Assembly (NCBI RefSeq): GCF_000143415.4
Contig: NW_003314301.1
Coordinates: 926,202-957,153 of the forward strand
Source: Selaginella moellendorffii
Taxonomy: Eukaryota; Plantae; Lycopodiophyta
Direction of reading: 5' to 3'
Length of the DNA: 30,952 nucleotides
This document shows positions 11,730 to 23,526 of this stretch, piece after piece. Each line of letters opens with the position of its first letter. The stretch's first letter is position 1. The translations under genes were made by a program, and so were the position numbers. The notes beneath the pieces were generated by a model. It did not search any database, was not told the DNA's origin, and was given only the letters and a program-made list of their open reading frames with translations.

Positions 11730-14137
11730 TTTTGAAGTTCATTGTTATCACTTGTAAACCTTTAGAGGTACAAGAGAAACTTGGAAATTGCAAACATACT
11801 TTTTGGAACCTCCAGGATCTTCCCTTCAATAAACTTTGTGATCTACAATACCTCCACAAATGCAAACTTTACACCGAGAGGTTACAAGCAAAATTTGGTG
11901 TTTATGGTATTCCTGAATCAGCCTTGGTTCAGCTGTGTTACCCACATTAGTGGGGAGTTAACATAGCTCAAATGTCTCCTTCCATTTAACAAGTCATACA
12001 ATTGGGTTTGAACACAGACCTCAAATACAAGGAATGGGAGTTGATGAGCAAAGAATGCTCTGATTGGCCTCGTTTACAACCTCGGCATGTGACAGGAGAC
12101 TTCATATTCAGCAAGTCCTCAAGAAATTGCCATCTACCATAGGGAAACAAGTTTCAATTCCATCAACTTCACTTCCTCCCCAAGAGTGGCTAAAACTAAT
12201 AGACAATATGAAGTTGGACAAGTGTTTTGATTGTAGAGCAAAGGGACATAGATAGGTTTGTAAGGCTTATATAGGTCAGCAATAAGGAGCAAGCATGAGC
12301 AGGTTGATGAGCATTTCAACAAAATGGTGAGGGAAATCTCATTCCAGTTGCTTTTGAGGATTTGGATTTGGAGTAAGAGTTTTTCGTTTAGGAGGGAAAA
12401 TTTCTGTCTCAAGCTCCTGGGGAAGAAGCCACATTGGGAGCCACCATTTCAGTGCCTAGGAAAACAGGACTCAAGTGCATTTGGGTAAAAGGGGCAGTCT
12501 TAGGTTGTAAAGCACATTGGTAAACTTAGGAGCTTCACATTCCTTTGTGACTGCTCATAGCTTTGGTTGATAACCAAGCCAGCTCTCATTGGGGATCACA
12601 CATTGAATCAAGTTAGAATCACTCTCCATTGCAGTTAACTCTTCAATAATTCATCTTAGCCCATTTGCATCACATGTGCTTCTTGTTCTTAAGGACTGTT
12701 TGTGGAGGATTACAGGGCTCTTAACAGGAGAACTGTCAAGAACAAGCTTCCTGTTCCCAGGGTAGATGAGCTTTTGGATGAGGCAGTACCAAGATTGACC
12801 TTTGTTTTGGTTAATATGAGATTGCCATAAGGCCAAGACAATGTTCAGGACTCACTGTTGAGATTTGTTTCATTTCAGAGTAATGCCCTCTGGCCTTATT
12901 AATGTGCCTGCCATGTTCATGAACAAGCTTTTGGCTAAGTATCTTTTCCAGTTCATTATCGTTTTGTTCATGACATACTAATCTATAGTCAGGACTGGAT
13001 TGGAAAATGGTGTTATCAATTTTGGAGAGTAATATTTACAAAGTTATTCATGTGTTCTTTGGGAATGGAGACCATTCAATACCTCAGATTTTGGTAAAGT
13101 ATGGGCTGATCAATCAAAATTACAAGTTGTTGCAAATTGGCCACTTCCCAAGTCTCTAAAGCATTTACAAGTATTTTATGGTTTTGCCAACTATCTATGT
13201 TGCTTTATATTGTGACCCCATTTGGCAATATTTCCTGCTCTTCTATGGTCAGATGCAGCACAATCGTTTGAGTTGTTGAAGTAACGACTTCTAACTGCAC
13301 CATTACTTTCACTTTCAGATTCCTTGGAACCATTTATTGTTAAGATTGATACTTCAGATATGAGTGGTTCTTCGCCAAGGAGAGGAAATAGTGGCCTTTG
13401 ATAGTCATAGTTTCTCTATTTATGAGTCTAAAATACCAGTGTATGAACAAGAAAGGTGGCCATTATCCATGCCATTGGTCACTAGTGCCACTACTTATTG
13501 CCTCAATGGTTTACACTCAGGACAGACCATTATAGCTTGAAATTCATTTTGGAGTAACAACAGTTATCCAAAAAGTAATAACACTAGGTGGAACAACTTC
13601 AAGCCTTGGATTTCACTATGAAGTTCTGGCTAGGGAAAAGCATTCTTCCATAGGCATTATCACAACAATTTGAATGTCTCAAAGTGTTAACGTTCTCTAG
13701 TATTTCCAGATGGGAAGCAACGTATGTGAATAAGATTCTACTCACTAGATTTGACACTATTGGGTATTTGGCAACAGTTCTGTGACAATCCCGATTATAC
13801 AGATGACAAGCTGACATTTCATAAGAACTTATTATGGCGGTCTTATAGTTCTCAGTTCAAGTCGTGATTTAAGCAAGGAGATCTTTCAGGAGTGTCATGC
13901 AAGCATTCTGGCACCCTGATGTTTGGAGAACAACAACTGCAATCAAATAATGGTTTTACATATTTGAAAGGTTTGCAACTGGACACATATCTGTTCTACC
14001 TATCAAACATAGAAAGGTCTTTTGGTTCCATTACCAGCTGCCTCTTCATCCAAATAGTATTTCAATGGACTTTATTGTGGGCATCCCTTCAGTGCATAGC
14101 CATGATGCTATTTTTGTAGTGGTGGACAGTTTTTCTC
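11730..14137 (+). mobile_element. Degenerate Ty3/gypsy gag-pol (gag zinc knuckle, protease, RT, RNase H, integrase N-terminal part)
   Basis: CFDCRAKGH (zinc knuckle, about 12222), ALVNLGASHSFV (protease, about 12512), FRVMPSGLINVPAMF (RT, about 12875), IVKIDTSD (RNase H, about 13335), ISMDFIVGIP...AIFVVVDSF (integrase, about 14060-14135). The order PR-RT-RH-IN is gypsy. Many stops and frameshifts. Confidence 0.9.
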
Positions 14138-14138
14138 C

Positions 14139-14850
14139 CTACATCTTCAACAAGCTCAGCACATCAGAAAGCTGAATCCTTTTGGTCTGAGGTAGTCCAG
14201 CATCACGGTTTTCCATAGAGCACCCATAGCTCCAGCTCACACTGTCTTCAACATAGACAATAAGCATAGCTGAAATAACAACCATCATGGACATGTAATA
14301 CCAGCTGAAGAAGGTGCTGGCCTGCTTCTGTTCAAGAGGATCCTCCTTATCAAACTGATTGCCTCTGAACGATGAGATGCAAGGCTGATATCCTCCATAA
14401 CCCATGGCTACTGTGTAAAGTCCAAGATCTAGAAGCGCTTCTTGTTCCAATGTGCTAACAGAGCATTTTGACACATTCGTTTCACAAGGAGAAGGTTTTA
14501 GCAAGGGCAGAGTTATGTGACTGTAAGTACACCATTCCCTGAATGATAACAGGTTAGGGAACGAGATTTTATTCTCAACCTCTTACCAGAAGGTAAATAT
14601 GAAATTTGTAAATTTGTACGGAATCCACCCAGCAAGGAACTGAGGTTTCCATGGAATTAAGAACGGCATTAGCTGCTTCTGAAATATGCTTATGTAGTAC
14701 ACTACTGAGATAGAGAATTAAGTTAGTCCAAACAGAAGCAAATGTTTGAGTTCCTCAAAGTTAAACTAAGAACAGTTCCAACATAACCCCAAATATATCG
14801 AGATGTGGCAGGCCAATTGGTTGTTGCATCCTTCCATTCCACAAGAAACA
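14139..14850 (-). pseudogene. NPF (NRT1/PTR, POT family) transporter, 5'-half pseudogene fragment
   Basis: TNLILYLSSVLHKHISEAANAV and LGLYTVAMGYGGYQPCISSFRGNQFD...FFSWYYM...LIVYVEDSVSWSYG match NPF TM1-TM6 motifs. Short intron GTAAG...CAG at about 14587-14540. Deletions and frameshifts are present. Confidence 0.85.
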
Positions 14851-15011
14851 AGGATCAGCCTAGCACTAATAAAGAAATAAAGGATTGTTATAATTCCTCA
14901 GCCGCATTATTAGCAGGCCCTTGTCTGCATCAGGAATCGTGACAGATATAAAAGTCCCCGATTGTGCATCTAGCCTCTACAACATTCTAGAAAGACCTTG
15001 CCAGACTCCAG

Positions 15012-15111
15012 NNNNNNNNNNNNNNNNNNNNNNNNNNNNNNNNNNNNNNNNNNNNNNNNNNNNNNNNNNNNNNNNNNNNNNNNNNNNNNNNNNNNNNNNN
15101 NNNNNNNNNNN
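15012..15111. other. Assembly gap (100 N)
   Basis: Run of N. True size and contiguity are unknown. Confidence 1.
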
Positions 15112-15270
15112 GTTATCCAGACATCAGAACATGTCTCGAAACAAATACCGTCGTCCAGAATAGGTCATGGAGAAGCTCCAACCTTTGCTGAACCTGTCCC
15201 CCAGAAGGTCTACAATACTGACTCACTGGCCTGTTTTTCTGCTGGTGGAAATTTTGCAACCCGTGTTTGA
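15112..15270 (+). other. Possible terminal exon of an unidentified plus-strand gene, convergent with the SSL gene
   Basis: Open frame VIQTSEHVSKQ...NFATRV* runs from the gap to TGA at 15270, 27 bp from the SSL stop codon. No family recognised. Confidence 0.3.
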
Positions 15271-15297
15271 ACTTAACTTCTAAATAAGTTTATGTGA

Positions 15298-16893
15298 TCA
15301 TGGGAGTATGAAGCTGGTAATCTGATCGTGCACGACAGTTCCAAACCAGATCTTCCCATCTTTTTCATACACTTCGCTTATAAGTTTCACGATCCGGGCC
15401 TCGCGGTCTTCCAGCCGCCGGAGCAACCGCCCCCGCTTGTCAAACAGCGCCGCAACTGAGTACATCTTCTCCCCGACTACGTACATGATCCAGCTCAAGG
15501 GAACCGGCACCCGGAACACGAGCGACTTTAGCCACGGAGTGGAGCTCATGATCTCCTGGATCCTGTTTCGGCAGCAGTCGATGGCCACCCAGAACTGGCC
15601 CTTGTCGTTGATACGAACGTTGTCAGGATAGCCGGGAAGATCAGCGAAAACTTCGAGAGTTCCAGTTAAGTTACCTTTGAGCCATAACTTGAGAACCCTG
15701 TCAAGAACACGAGCAAAGTTTTTTAAGAGAAGCTACTGATGCCATATCAAAATACAACAAGATCAATATGTATAACCTGCAATTGGTTGTCTCGACTACC
15801 AGGAGGAAAGATTGATCGCTTGCGAGCTGGACTCCGTTAGCAAATGCTAGGCCGCGAAGAACCACCACGGCGTTGCCTGTGTTTGGATCATACCGAAGTA
15901 GACGGCCTGTATTCTCTCCTTCAACGATCACCATGTGATGTAACCTGTATTGAAATGGAAAGAAAAAAGAGCAAGAAAAAGAAGCCATAGTAAAAAGAGT
16001 GTTAAAAAAACATTTCTGGCAAAAAACTGCGACTCAAAGAGCATGGAAGACCAGCTATACAACCAGCTATACAAAGAACAAGAAAAAGAGCAAAGTGTCA
16101 TGGAAGTTGAAGAAAGAAACTCTCCAAGAACAAAGACCCGAAGTGGAAAATGAAAAGAACCTGCGATTCCAGCGCGTGCTTGTGTCGGTAAAGTAGACGG
16201 ATCCATTGGGATGAACATCGAGATCGTTGGCAAACTTGATAGGAATCCCTTCCACCTCGCTCACCAGAGGTCTCGCAATCCCACCCTTGGGGCCAACAAC
16301 GAGCAAACCATAGTAAGAATCGGCAATGTAGAGATCGCCCGAGCGAGGATCGAAGCGCAATCCCAGCGGCCTGCCACAGACGTGCTCGTTCCTCACCCGC
16401 CGTCGCGGATCGTCTCCATTGTCGCATTCTTCCCTGTTCCTGCAAAGAAAGAAGATGAAGAACCCCACCCTAGAAAATATTTTGCTTACCAGTTGATCGA
16501 TGAGAGGGCAAACGTTTCCCATCCGCGATCCGGCATCCAGCGAACGATCCGGCCATCGCCCAGCCCAGTGTAAGGCCCATTCCCCTGTGGATCGAACTCG
16601 ATGCTCTCGGGTCCGAAGAGGCGATCCTGGAACTCGATGCTTGCGAATTGGAGCAAGCTATCGTTGCGCGATGGCCACTTGGGCAGGACGCTCTTAAGAG
16701 GAGCGATCTGGTGCTTCACGGGGTAGTATTTGAGGCCGCCCAGCGGCCCAGGCAGGATCGCGCAAAGAATCGCGGCTGTGGCGGCTATAATGGCGATGGA
16801 CACAAATCTCTTCTTGTTCTTGAGCTTGGAGAAGGCGCCGTCTTTGGAGTTTAGCTCCATTGATTGATCCAAGACTCTTTCCGGAGAAACCAT
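15298..16893 (-). CDS. LAP3: Strictosidine synthase-like protein, LAP3/MS45 type, about 416 aa (exons 16893-16490, 16439-16161, 15944-15777, 15697-15298)
   Basis: GT-AG introns of 50, 216 and 79 bp. Exons sum to 1251 nt in frame. Motifs GPESIEFD, CGRPLGLRF, FANDLD, YFTDTS, GRLLRYDP, FANGVQL, LPGYPDNVR and FWVAIDCCR, the last being typical of the LAP3/MS45 subgroup. N-terminal membrane anchor. An alternative ATG lies at 16860. The family call is firm and the orthology less so. Confidence 0.9.
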
Positions 16894-17019
16894 TCAAATT
16901 TTCTTCCAAGCTTCTTTTCTTCTTCTTCCATGCCAATTTCATGGGACACGAAATTGTGGAGTCGCACCTACCCAAACGTACTATCTTACTACCCTAAATC
17001 TCTTGTTTTGTAAAGGCCG

Positions 17020-17515
17020 TCATGGCACTGGGAAATGGCACTGTCCAATGACAATGGTGCTGGATGGTGCATTGTCCGGACTGTTGTGTTGATTATATCG
17101 TTGTTCTCCAAGAAGTTGCCCAATAGCAATCGGTAGCTGCCAGAAGACGCTCGGAAGAGGAGCTGAATTTGTTCTTGCCACGGACTTCAACCTGAAGATC
17201 TCCACAACAGTGGCACAGACCATTGCAGTTGTTACAACTACCTTGCCGGTTCCCATTCGTTGCAGGTTGGTAATTCCACGCTCTTTGCCTGTTAATGTAT
17301 GGGCTGCTGGAACTAGAAGCCACTCATATGCAGGACTGCATATGATGACACTTAGCGTGCAAAATGTTGACAGAGATCTTGGTGGTATTTTGAAGTTGCC
17401 TACCAGCGTGTTCACACCAGCGCCTTGCTCGACAAACAGAGTGCTCACTTGTGTGTACAATGTTGAGAATATAATTGTTGTTGACCAAATAGGGAGGAGT
17501 CGAATTGCATTAGTC
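17020..17515 (-). pseudogene. NPF (NRT1/PTR) transporter, 3'-half pseudogene fragment
   Basis: IRLLPIWSTTIIFSTLYTQVSTLFVEQG...FKIPP...GITNLQRMGTG...SVFWQLP matches NPF TM7-TM10. The sequence is degraded after WQLP. Confidence 0.9.
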
Positions 17516-18879
17516 TAGACCTACCAGTTAAGAGATTATCTTGAAAATAATGGTGTTGTTTAGATTTGGAATATAATACCATTTCATATTGGCAATGAAG
17601 GGTTCTAAATGAATAGTTAGGATAATGTGTAAGATGGGCATGATTGACCAACTTGAGATATTGTTATAGCTTCTTATTGGGTATATTTATTCCTATTTTG
17701 CATTTTGGTCTTGGCATTCAATGCTTTAAAATTATTTTAATATCATTATGTCTTCTAATAGTTTGCTCCTTTGCTTGTATGCTTAGGAGTTCAACTTTAT
17801 CCTTTTGTTTAGTGATGCAAGACTTTGAAATTTTAAGTTCCACTTTATTGTCCTATGTGTCTAAGAGTTAGATTCTGCCATGTGGTTATCTTATTAATTT
17901 ACTATAGGGTATAAAGTGAAAACTATATGCACTACATTTGGTATTAAAGGATTAGTTTTAGCAATTGCCAACTATGTCATCAACTTACACTAACAAAATA
18001 TTTCGAAACTGGAAGACTCACAAGGAACAAACAACCTTAACTTTATTATCCACTACATCTGAGAGTTCCACCATACTTGAAACCTCAACCATAGCAAATA
18101 AGAGTACTAATTTTAAGTTAGCTATCATATCTATAAGGACAAGAATAACTTTGAATTCAAGCTTATATATCTCAAAGAGCTCAATATCAAAATTTGATTT
18201 GGAGCACTAAAATTCTAATTACAGTCACTTATATTGGCATAGAAGATATTAACTATCAAGTTTATAGACAAATCTAACACATTGACATTAACACAATAAC
18301 ACAAATTTAACTCAACTCATCATAAAAATTCTCATGACTAAACTACGAAACTAATTTGCAATCTTCATCAAGATAAGAAAAGTTCAAAAAATCATTAAAG
18401 CTTCACAATAAAAAACTTAAATAGTATAAGACTACAAAAGACAATAATGGAATAGAATTAAAAGAAAAAGACACGATAATCGAAGAAATTATAATTATGA
18501 TATTTTTCATCTTTGAATATAGGATACAAGAATACTCCTAAAGCCATTCAAAAATCAAAATTTAAGAAAGAATCTTTAACTTAGTTTACAACAAAAAAAC
18601 TCAAAAAAACCATACACTAATACATTTACGAATCATCATCCATTAGGATAAATTTATAAAAAAAACAATACAAGCTAGAGTTTTATATATGGAAATTCAT
18701 TCTCAAGATTTCTTGGATTTCCCATATTTACCTAGATCAAAAGTACATTTGCTAAATAGAAGAAATACAATACACACAAAATAAAATTAATTGAATCTAC
18801 ATAAGATTTCCAATTTTTCTACTTCAAAAAATTAAGAAACTCATTAGACAAGAATTCTTTCAAGGATACATCACACTTG

Positions 18880-19657
18880 TTGGTGCAGCCATACACAACA
18901 GTTTAATGGATAAATTGAGTGCACCAACTAGACTCTATAAACATTTTTACAAGGCTACATGGTGGACTTTCCAACTACTTGGCTTCACTAATTACCATTT
19001 GTGGAGCTAGCAAACAACACCACAATTCACTCATCCATGGGACTGGCTCCTTACTCAATCCTCTATGGACAAACAGTGGCCACCTTGGCTTTTCCAGTGA
19101 AGGAAGGGTGTGTTCTGCTGGTTGAAAACCATCTCACTAAGCTCACCACTATTCATCAGGTGGTAACTCAACATTTGGAGTTTGCTTGGGCCAGGATGAA
19201 GTTCTATACAGATAAATCTCATTCTCCACTCACTTTCTCAGTGGGGGATTGGGTTTACGTCTGTTTCAAGCCCCAGTGTTATACATTGGGACAGAAAACA
19301 GTAACTAGGACCAAGCTTCATCCAATGTTTTGTGGCCTGTTCAAAATTCAAGAGCGAATCAATGAGGTGGCATTTCACTTGCAACTTTTAGCTTCAAGCA
19401 GGGTCCATGATGTCTTCCACATCTTCGACCTTAAGCTATACCATGGAGAGCCACGACAAGAGCAAGTTCCCTTCCCAGCCTTGTTGCCAAGGGATCTTCC
19501 TTTGCTCATCCCAGAAAGTATTGTTTGCATCAATGTGTGTCCACTGAGGAGTAGGTCCATCCTGCATTTCCTCATCCACTGGTCCAGTACTGCCCATGAC
19601 AGTGATACTTGGATCACTCAGCAACAGCTTGAGGAGCTCAAGCTTCTTTTCAACTGA
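18880..19657 (+). mobile_element. Ty3/gypsy chromovirus integrase C-terminal part and chromodomain (degenerate)
   Basis: PFVELANNTTIHSSMGLAPYSILYG, FSVGDWVYV, KLHPMFCGLFKI (GPY/F-like), VHDVFHI, and FLIHW...DTW (chromodomain-like). Confidence 0.9.
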
Positions 19658-19669
19658 GTTCCAGTCTGG

Positions 19670-20440
19670 CCCTTGTGGACAAGATCATCACGGAACACGA
19701 GATTAAATTGAAAGACAAAACTTCAACATGCTTGGAAGATTTTCTTGAGTTGCTGCTGAAGCTCAGGAGCACAGAGGATGTTCTTCAACATAACACTATT
19801 AGGGGCTTGATGATCGTAAGTACTTATATTTCACTTCGTTTAAACTTAACCAATGTTTAACAGAATTTACTTCAAGCTGATACACCATCTGTGTCCCTGG
19901 AATGGACTTTGGCCGAGCTGCATGTCCATGGTCCAGGATGAGATTGCTAATGTCGTTGGCTCGAACATAATGGTGGAAGAGAGGGACATCCCTAAGCTTC
20001 CCTATCTGCAAGGAATTGTTAAAGAATCACTCAGACTGGACCTTTGCTCTTACCTCGAGAATGCTCCAAAACTTGCGAAGTGATGGGCTACAAAATCCCG
20101 GAAACTACTACTTTAATGGTGAATGCATACGCAATTGGAAGAGACCCAAAAGTTTGGAAGGAGCCCCTTAAGTTCAAACCCGAGAGGTTCTTGGATCACA
20201 ACTGCTTTGATGTTGGTGGCAACAACTTGGAGGCTATTCCATTTGGAGCAGGAAGCAGGGCCTGTCCTGGAATATCTATAGCGTTCTCCATACTTCACTT
20301 GACGCTGGCAAACTTGGTTCATGTTTTCACTGGAGACTGCCTGCTGGAGTGGTGCATATTGACACAAGCAACGAGAAATATGGACTCACTGTGACCCTAG
20401 CAAAGAAGCTGGAAGCCATCCCTCTCTCCAAAACTAAGTC
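19670..20440 (+). pseudogene. Cytochrome P450 (CYP71 clan) pseudogene, 3' half
   Basis: Phase-0 48-bp intron 19816-19863 before the I-helix. Damaged AGTDT (QADT), KESLRL (ExxR), AIGRDP, FKPERF and PFGAGSRACPG heme motif. Frameshifts are present and the 5' half is replaced by the retroelement. Confidence 0.92.
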
Positions 20441-21719
20441 ATGCTAAAGAGAGGGCACATTTGAAGGAGCAACTGGATCAGTGATTGCTACAAGGCTCTA
20501 TGATTCTTTGATTGGTGAATCATGGTTACTTCATGCCAACTTTTGTATCCCAACTCAATGGCAGAAGTTAAGTAATCAAGTAACTCAAGAACAAAACAAT
20601 AAATTATATGAAGTTCTATTTTCTAAATGCATCTGTACTTCACTTTCTGTCTAATCAATTTGTGTTTGCTAGGCAGAAATTATTATTTCGTCTAACAATG
20701 CTCAAAACCTTAATGCAAATGTTCAATTTGTTTTTACTATTAGCGCTATAACAAGCTTGACCAAAGCCTAGCAAACTCTGAAATAAAAATATGTCATTGC
20801 GTTAGCTCCTCTTAGATAAATGTTGTTAGATTTGGAAATGTTTAAGTTTTTAGATCAACGAGCAATAGAAAATGGTAAGTTTGAAAGAATATACAGATCC
20901 ATAAACCTCATTAAGACCAACAAACCTTATTAAGTTTGTTCAACCTAGATTAACTTGCAACTAATCTGATCTATATTTACATGGTATATACTGATACCAT
21001 ATATAGAGACTTCACATACGAATAAACATTGTGGTAATTGATTTGGAAATGACATTCTAGAGAAGACATGATAACATTATAAAGCTGTTGGATTGGGTTG
21101 ATTCTGAACTGTTTAAGCCTGAAATGTACAAAATACAAAATTTAAAAACTTTCGAAAGGAAATACAGTGATAAACAGGAAGTGTCAAAGAAGTCTAGATT
21201 GTGGTTTCCAGCCCAGAAATGGCCAAGGATGATGTTCTACATTTAGTTCCAGGCTTTATCTTTTGGTCGGACACCGGCCTACCGCAACCTACAACACTCT
21301 TACTCCAGATCCTCACTAAAGAGCAAGCTTACAAGCTTTCTCTCTCACTCTACTAATTATCTACTAAGGTCACTGTTGAATCAACTGGTAATCATGGTGA
21401 AAAGAGGTGAGACGCAACCTAACCCTTTGTTGCCCAAGATCTCTTGATGTTGTCAACTTCTTGCCTGAATCACCCTGCATATCTTGCGGATTCTCCATAC
21501 CACAACCTTTAAGAAAACCAAAAAGTTTATATAGTTATTGGCCTTCTATAGTAAGATTCATCATTTAGCAATTTGCAGTTAGCTTGAAAGAACTTATATT
21601 TTAAATTTAACAAATAAAGTTAATATGGACATACAAGAAGTAAAGTTGCATGCATCAACCTCTATATCACACTCAAACTCTTGCTTCACTTCTCGGTCAC
21701 AATGCTACATTTGCTTCCA

Positions 21720-22570
21720 GGCCTTATCTTTGAGCTGGGGAATTCACCACCTACAACTTCAAGGGTGTCGCATTGGTAACAGCTGATTAGTGGAAGAACA
21801 TGAGGAAGATTTGCAGCACCAAGCTCTTCACGACGAGACACCTACAATCTTTCTGGAGCTTCCAGCTTGATCCAATGCAATCTCATCTCTAATAATCAAG
21901 GTTCATGATCAGCAAAGTGTAATCGATGTGAGGGAAGTCATTGCAGCCATGTCATTGAACATGATATCACAAATTAACATGAGCAAGAGATTCTTCAAGG
22001 AGCATGCAACCAATGATGACATAGTCGAAGCTAAAGTATTTAAGGAAGTAATAGATGAATCGGCCTGCATTGCTCTTCAGTTCCATATAAGTGATTTCTT
22101 ACCACCTTGTCTCAGATGGATAGACTGGAGCAGACTCCGAGCATGAAAACTTGTCGCCAAGCAAGTTCCTCGAAAAACTAATTGACGCAAATCCAGCCAG
22201 AAAAAATTAATGCATTTTTTAAACAATTTTAAATTATCATGCTCCTATACCGCTGCTGTTGCCAAGAATGTCAACTCAAGATTGTGTTCTGGCTGGTTAC
22301 AATGTTCCCAAAGATGCCACAACTATTGTCTGCGAGAGATCTGCGGTTCTGGGAGGAACCAACAAGGTTTTGGCCTGAGAGGTTTGATCCAAAATTGATC
22401 AGGATTTTGAGCTGGTGTGGGAGAAGGATATGTCCAGGAATGGCACTGGGCCTGAAAAATGTCTACTGAAACTTTTTCCACAGTTTTAATTGGAGTTATG
22501 TTCCTGGGAGGAGCTACTAGCTTGAGGAGACAAGCTGTAGCTTGGCCACAAACGCCATTGCAAGTGGAGA
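21720..22570 (+). pseudogene. Second CYP71-clan P450 pseudogene with internal deletion
   Basis: WKNMRKICSTKLF (WxxxR), ISDFLPPCLRWIDW, PLLLPRMSTQDCVLAGYNVPK, FWPERF and GRRICPGMALG. The I- to K-helix region is missing, with stops and frameshifts. Confidence 0.85.
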
Positions 22571-22742
22571 TAACTAAGTAAACCTCTGGTTTAACCTTTT
22601 TAAGTAAAGAATACTTTCGAAAATGTAATGGTTAAGCAAAAGGTAAAATTCTCCATGGCCAGTGAAAAGTATAAATTTGAACTTTTTGGGGGAAACGTTT
22701 TGATCGAGCTGACGGTTCTACAGGAGACAGATACGGTGGAAT

Positions 22743-23018
22743 TCACTTTTTGCAGCCACGGCCACCTCCTCCTCCACCACCACCACCACCACCACTTCCA
22801 CTTCCTCCAGAAGCACCAGGTGGAGCTCCCCCACAACTAGGCCCACCCTGGCCACCACCTCCACCTCCACCAGGACTGCTGCCTCCACCACCTCCACCGC
22901 CTCCACCAGGGCTGCTTCCGCCACCGCCGCCACCGCCGCCACCACCACCACCGCCTTGGCCAACTACAGAGGACACTGGAATGAGTAGTAACAAGATCAG
23001 AGCTGCCATCCTCGCCAT
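22743..23018 (-). CDS. Secreted glycine-rich protein, 91 aa
   Basis: ATG 23018 starts the signal peptide MARMAALILLLLIPVSSVVG, followed by poly-Gly with SSP spacers, two Cys and a basic tail RGCKK*. TATAAA lies at 23064-23059. Confidence 0.8.
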   Translation of the reverse strand: MARMAALILLLLIPVSSVVGQGGGGGGGGGGGGGSSPGGGGGGGGGSSPGGGGGGGQGGPSCGGAPPGASGGSGSGGGGGGGGGGGRGCKK

Positions 23019-23068
23019 GATCACTTTGATGGTGCATACGCTCATTTCAGTTCTGTCCTTTATAGTGT

Positions 23069-23186
23069 TTCAAGTGTCCGAGGAGCTGCAAGTCAGTCAA
23101 GCACGAGACGAGATAGTGCTTGATCACTGAACAACTGATCATCTCGTCTCGTGCTTGACTGACTTTCAGCTTCTCGGAGACTTGAA
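23069..23186. repeat. Inverted repeat (46-bp arms, 3 mismatches, 26-nt loop)
   Basis: 23069-23114 ttcaagtgtccgaggagctgcaagtcagtcaagcacgagacgagat pairs with 23141-23186 atctcgtctcgtgcttgactgactttcagcttctcggagacttgaa. Confidence 0.95.
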
Positions 23187-23526
23187 TCAAGTATCGCAAG
23201 TCGGTCAAGCTCGAGACGAAATTAACCAGTTGTTCAGTCAAGCACGGAACACTTGAAAATTCCTACAGATCGCGACTTGTTTTGCCTCCCTCGTCCAACC
23301 ACCAGCACGACTGGCGTGCTACATTTGGCGTGAAGCGCATACAGATCTCTAGTAATCACGACTTATTTTGCCTCGCTCGTCTATAGATTTCTACTACCAG
23401 CAGCAGTGCCGTGCTTGACTTTGTTTCTTGACTGACTTGGAAACTTGAAACGCTACAAAGGATATAAAGGCCTGAAATGAGCACTACAGCGTATGCCACT
23501 ATCACAAATCAATCAAGCATCACAAC

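Noticed and set aside
15950-16153. Lys/Glu-rich 67-aa plus-strand ORF inside SSL intron 2
   Set aside because: It is explained by the T-rich intron on the opposite strand and has no independent support.
15298-22570. Functional alkaloid cluster (strictosidine synthase, P450s, NPF)
   Set aside because: The SSL is of the LAP3/MS45 type rather than true STR, and the P450s and NPF are disrupted pseudogenes.
22750-23130. Plus-strand poly-proline (extensin-like) 126-aa ORF
   Set aside because: It is the antisense shadow of the GRP. It starts at a non-ATG codon and has no signal peptide, whereas the minus frame has a signal peptide and TATA box.
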